From Candidatus Hadarchaeota archaeon (lineage in GTDB: Archaea > CAYQAE01 > CAYVLA01): a stretch of 16,880 nucleotides of DNA. Position 1 is the first letter of the stretch, and the number at the start of each line of letters is the position of its first letter. A program made the position numbers and the translations under genes. The stretch lies in NCBI GenBank assembly GCA_964452145.1, contig CAYVLA010000067.1:1-16880 (forward strand), given 5' to 3'. The notes under the pieces were generated by a model, which saw only the letters and a list, made by a program, of their open reading frames with translations, was not told the DNA's origin and did not search any database. Shown here piece by piece: positions 14,249-16,880 of this stretch.

Positions 14249-15571
14249 ATGACAAGCCTGGCATTCTACGGCGGCGTCGGAGAGATCGGGGGCAACAAGA
14301 TCCTCATACAGGATGACTCCACGCGGATCCTCTTCGACTTTGGCATGCCCTTCGGGGCAAAGGCGCGTTACTACTCCGCACCGTTTCTCTCCCCGCACTG
14401 CCGGGAGGCCCTGCTCGAGTTCGGCTTCCTACCCGACCTGAAGGGTCTCTACGAGGATGATGGGTCCGAACCGACGGTGGACGCTATCTTCCTGTCCCAC
14501 TCCCACATGGACCATGCCTCTTACATCACCTTCACGAAGAGATCCATACCAATCTTCTGCGGTAGCTGCACCAAGACCATCCTTGACTCTTTGCAGGAGA
14601 TGGGGCCCAAGACCTTTGAGTTCAATCTGGAGGGGATCAGAATGAACCCGTTCAGGACCGGCGATAGGATCAGGGTTGGATCCACCGAGGTTGAGCCGGT
14701 GCACGTGGACCACAGTGTTCCGGGAGCGTACGGCTTCATCATTCACACATCTGAAGGCGCAGTAGTCTACACCGGGGATTTCAGGGCCCACGGGACCGCT
14801 CCCCAGCTAACCCAAGACTTCGTTCGGGCCGCCCAAGAGGCAAAGCCGATCGCCATGGTTACCGAGGCCACCAACACCACCGGGGCGGCACCATCCTCCG
14901 AGTCGGCCGTCGAGGAAAGGCTTACTCAGGTCATCGGACAGGCCAGGGGCTTGGTGATGGCGGACTTCGCCAGGGCGGATGTTGACAGGATTCGGTCATT
15001 CTACAACGCTGCTCGGTCCAATGGCAGAAAGCTGGGGATAAGCCTGAAACAGGCCTATCTTCTGCGCTCCCTCTGCGGGGACCCCCACCTTTGCGTGCCC
15101 GGGCCGGATGATGAGGCAATCCTAATCTTCAAGAAGACCAAACAGCAGTACCGCAACTGGGAGAAGGAGATACTGGAGTCCCACGACAACATCGCCGACT
15201 CGGAGATGATCGGCGATCTGCAGGAACAAGTCGTGCTGGCGTCATCGCTCTATGAGATGGAGGAACTGGTCAGAATCAAGCCCCGGGCCGATAGCTGCTA
15301 CATCCTGTCCGGATCCGAGCCATTCAACGAGGAGATGGAGATCGACTTCGAGAAGTTGCTGAACTGGCTGCGCCACTACGGCCTTCCCCAGTACCACATA
15401 CACGTCTCGGGACACATCATGCCTTTGGAGCTTAAGGCCATTATCCAGTCCATCTCGCCCGGGAAGGTCTTCCCCGTCCACACCAACGACCCCGATCTTT
15501 TTGCGCGATTCTGCCGCTCACTGGGAAGCGAGTTCGTGGTGCCTGAACGGAACGCGACATACCAGCTGTGA
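14249..15571 (+). CDS. RNase J-like beta-CASP metallo-beta-lactamase-fold nuclease
   Basis: GGVGEIGGN, FDFG, HSHMDH (HxHxDH), VDHSVPGA, YTGDFRAHG, HVSGH and PVHT. ATG 14249 follows GGGGAG (14234-14239). Confidence 0.9.
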   Translation: MTSLAFYGGVGEIGGNKILIQDDSTRILFDFGMPFGAKARYYSAPFLSPHCREALLEFGFLPDLKGLYEDDGSEPTVDAIFLSHSHMDHASYITFTKRSIPIFCGSCTKTILDSLQEMGPKTFEFNLEGIRMNPFRTGDRIRVGSTEVEPVHVDHSVPGAYGFIIHTSEGAVVYTGDFRAHGTAPQLTQDFVRAAQEAKPIAMVTEATNTTGAAPSSESAVEERLTQVIGQARGLVMADFARADVDRIRSFYNAARSNGRKLGISLKQAYLLRSLCGDPHLCVPGPDDEAILIFKKTKQQYRNWEKEILESHDNIADSEMIGDLQEQVVLASSLYEMEELVRIKPRADSCYILSGSEPFNEEMEIDFEKLLNWLRHYGLPQYHIHVSGHIMPLELKAIIQSISPGKVFPVHTNDPDLFARFCRSLGSEFVVPERNATYQL

Positions 15572-15686
15572 ATGATACCCTTTCTTCCATCTCCCTGGCC
15601 GAACGTCGACAGGTTCAGTGCCCGTCTTCTCTGCACTCTAGTCAGCGGGCCCGTCTTCTCCTTCGTCCTGCCGGTTTTCGGCGCGT

Positions 15687-15878
15687 CTAGGCCGTGAGCA
15701 GGAACGAGGCGAGGACGATCAGCGCTGAGATCCCCAGAGCTATCAGGACCCTGTCAATGATGGGTCCCCAGTCCCTTATTGGGTCTGGCTCAGCACAAGC
15801 GGCCGCACAAGGCTCCGATCGGATGGGAACGCCCGCTTCTGGATAAGGTGAGAGGCATTGCACATTCGGATGATCCAC
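15687..15878 (-). CDS. Possible small single-TM protein
   Basis: The C-terminal IIDRVLIALGISALIVLASFLLTA is a clean TM segment; the N-terminal part and start are unconvincing. Confidence 0.25.
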   Translation of the reverse strand: MDHPNVQCLSPYPEAGVPIRSEPCAAACAEPDPIRDWGPIIDRVLIALGISALIVLASFLLTA

Positions 15879-16133
15879 TGTCCGAGATCGAGGGTCTCAG
15901 GGTCAAGATCTCTTCGACCGAATGCGACTCCTTGGAGAAGCTCACGACCGTGAGCCCTTCGGATCTGCGTACTCATAGAAGCTCTTCCTGAGGCGTCTCG
16001 CTCGCCGACTTGGCCGCCGACTTCCACATGCTTCTCTTGAGGCCCCAGGCAGACATCGCGGTGAAAGCTTTGTCGCCAAGATTCCTGGGTTGCACGCTTG
16101 AGTTCGTTATTTGGTCATGCACCGATTTCCAGG

Positions 16134-16835
16134 CTAGCGCTCCAAGGCGATCCTGATGCTGATGTAGTAAAGTCCGGTGTACCCCTCAAAACCAGAGTCC
16201 GTGCCCGCGAACACCCAGAGATTGCCGTTCTCATCGCTTCTCGCCAGCACCGGAGCATCCCTGTTGTTGCGACTGACGACGACGTACCTCTCGGTGCCGT
16301 CATCGGGCTTGGCGATGGTTCCAAGGACTGCCGCGTGCTCGCCCCCTTCCGCCTGGTTACCCTTGTCAACGCTGAGACGCAGCCATCCGTCCCCGTCCAC
16401 AACTGGCACAGGCTCCGCGGTCGACGCCCCACCTTTCAGGTACACGGAATCGCCCGGGCTGCCCCCGATCCCAACACTGCCCTCAGGGTAGCTACTCGCG
16501 ACCTCGACCTCGAAGACGATTCGGTAGATCTGATTCTTGCGGAGACCTTCGAGCTGCTTCTTGAAAAACATGAAGACGTCATCGGCGTGGTTGTCACTTG
16601 AGATGAAGAGCGCTTTGTCGCCGCCAAGATCGGGTGGCTGCCTCCAGTCCGACTCCAACATGTAGAACTCCGCGTCGTAGTCCGCGGGGAGATCGACCCA
16701 TTCCGCCATCCAACCATGGTCACCCGTGGAGAAATCGTACACAAACTCCTCTGCACTTCCACCAAGCAAGGCCAGAGCTAAGACCAAGAGAGATACGACC
16801 GCGATGACCCCTGCTACCATCAGGCGGCTGACCAT
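16134..16835 (-). CDS. Conserved secreted/membrane-anchored hypothetical protein
   Basis: ATG after GGAGG, an N-terminal hydrophobic signal, and motifs DDVFMFFKKQL, GIGGSPG.SVYLKGGAS, DKGNQ and GTDSGFEG.T.LYY that I recall from a bacterial uncharacterised family; strong GC3 bias. Confidence 0.85.
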   Translation of the reverse strand: MVSRLMVAGVIAVVSLLVLALALLGGSAEEFVYDFSTGDHGWMAEWVDLPADYDAEFYMLESDWRQPPDLGGDKALFISSDNHADDVFMFFKKQLEGLRKNQIYRIVFEVEVASSYPEGSVGIGGSPGDSVYLKGGASTAEPVPVVDGDGWLRLSVDKGNQAEGGEHAAVLGTIAKPDDGTERYVVVSRNNRDAPVLARSDENGNLWVFAGTDSGFEGYTGLYYISIRIALER

Positions 16836-16880
16836 GCCAAATGCCTCCGTTGGCCGTCATGTGACCCGAGCGACGCAGAT

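Noticed and set aside
16098..16601. 167-aa plus-strand ORF
   Set aside because: Antisense to the motif-rich secreted protein gene.
1..16880. CRISPR array, tRNA/rRNA, transposase or integrase
   Set aside because: I saw no regularly spaced repeats, cloverleaf or rRNA signatures, or recombinase motifs; the short repeats occur only as pairs.

Overview
This GC-rich window looks archaeal: GGAGGTGA-type ribosome-binding sites, TATA/BRE-like promoters, frequent TTG/GTG starts and a RIO1/Dim2-type gene. A precise lineage cannot be assigned from sequence alone. In order it holds the 3' part of a SauS-like CoA-acylating aldehyde dehydrogenase, an HpnZ-like zinc alcohol dehydrogenase and a minus-strand EamA transporter. 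A co-oriented cluster follows: a 29-aa leader ORF in a highly structured 5' region, a RIO1 kinase fused to a Dim2/Pno1-like KH module and apparently starting at CTG, a wHTH-GNAT fusion with an internal RBS, an AAA+ ATPase with a long helical N-terminus, and a SAM methyltransferase. Next come a small membrane ORF, a ~580-bp patch of two broken gene ends, a Thr-type sulfatase-like hydrolase, ybaN, a monofunctional heme catalase, an RNase J-like beta-CASP nuclease and a conserved secreted hypothetical protein. I saw no rRNA, tRNA, CRISPR array or transposase. The most striking candidate is a possible translational-attenuation leader (uORF ending in RSPP plus mutually exclusive helices) controlling the fused RIO1-KH ribosome-maturation gene. 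Family calls are from motif recognition only; no searches or folding computations were run.
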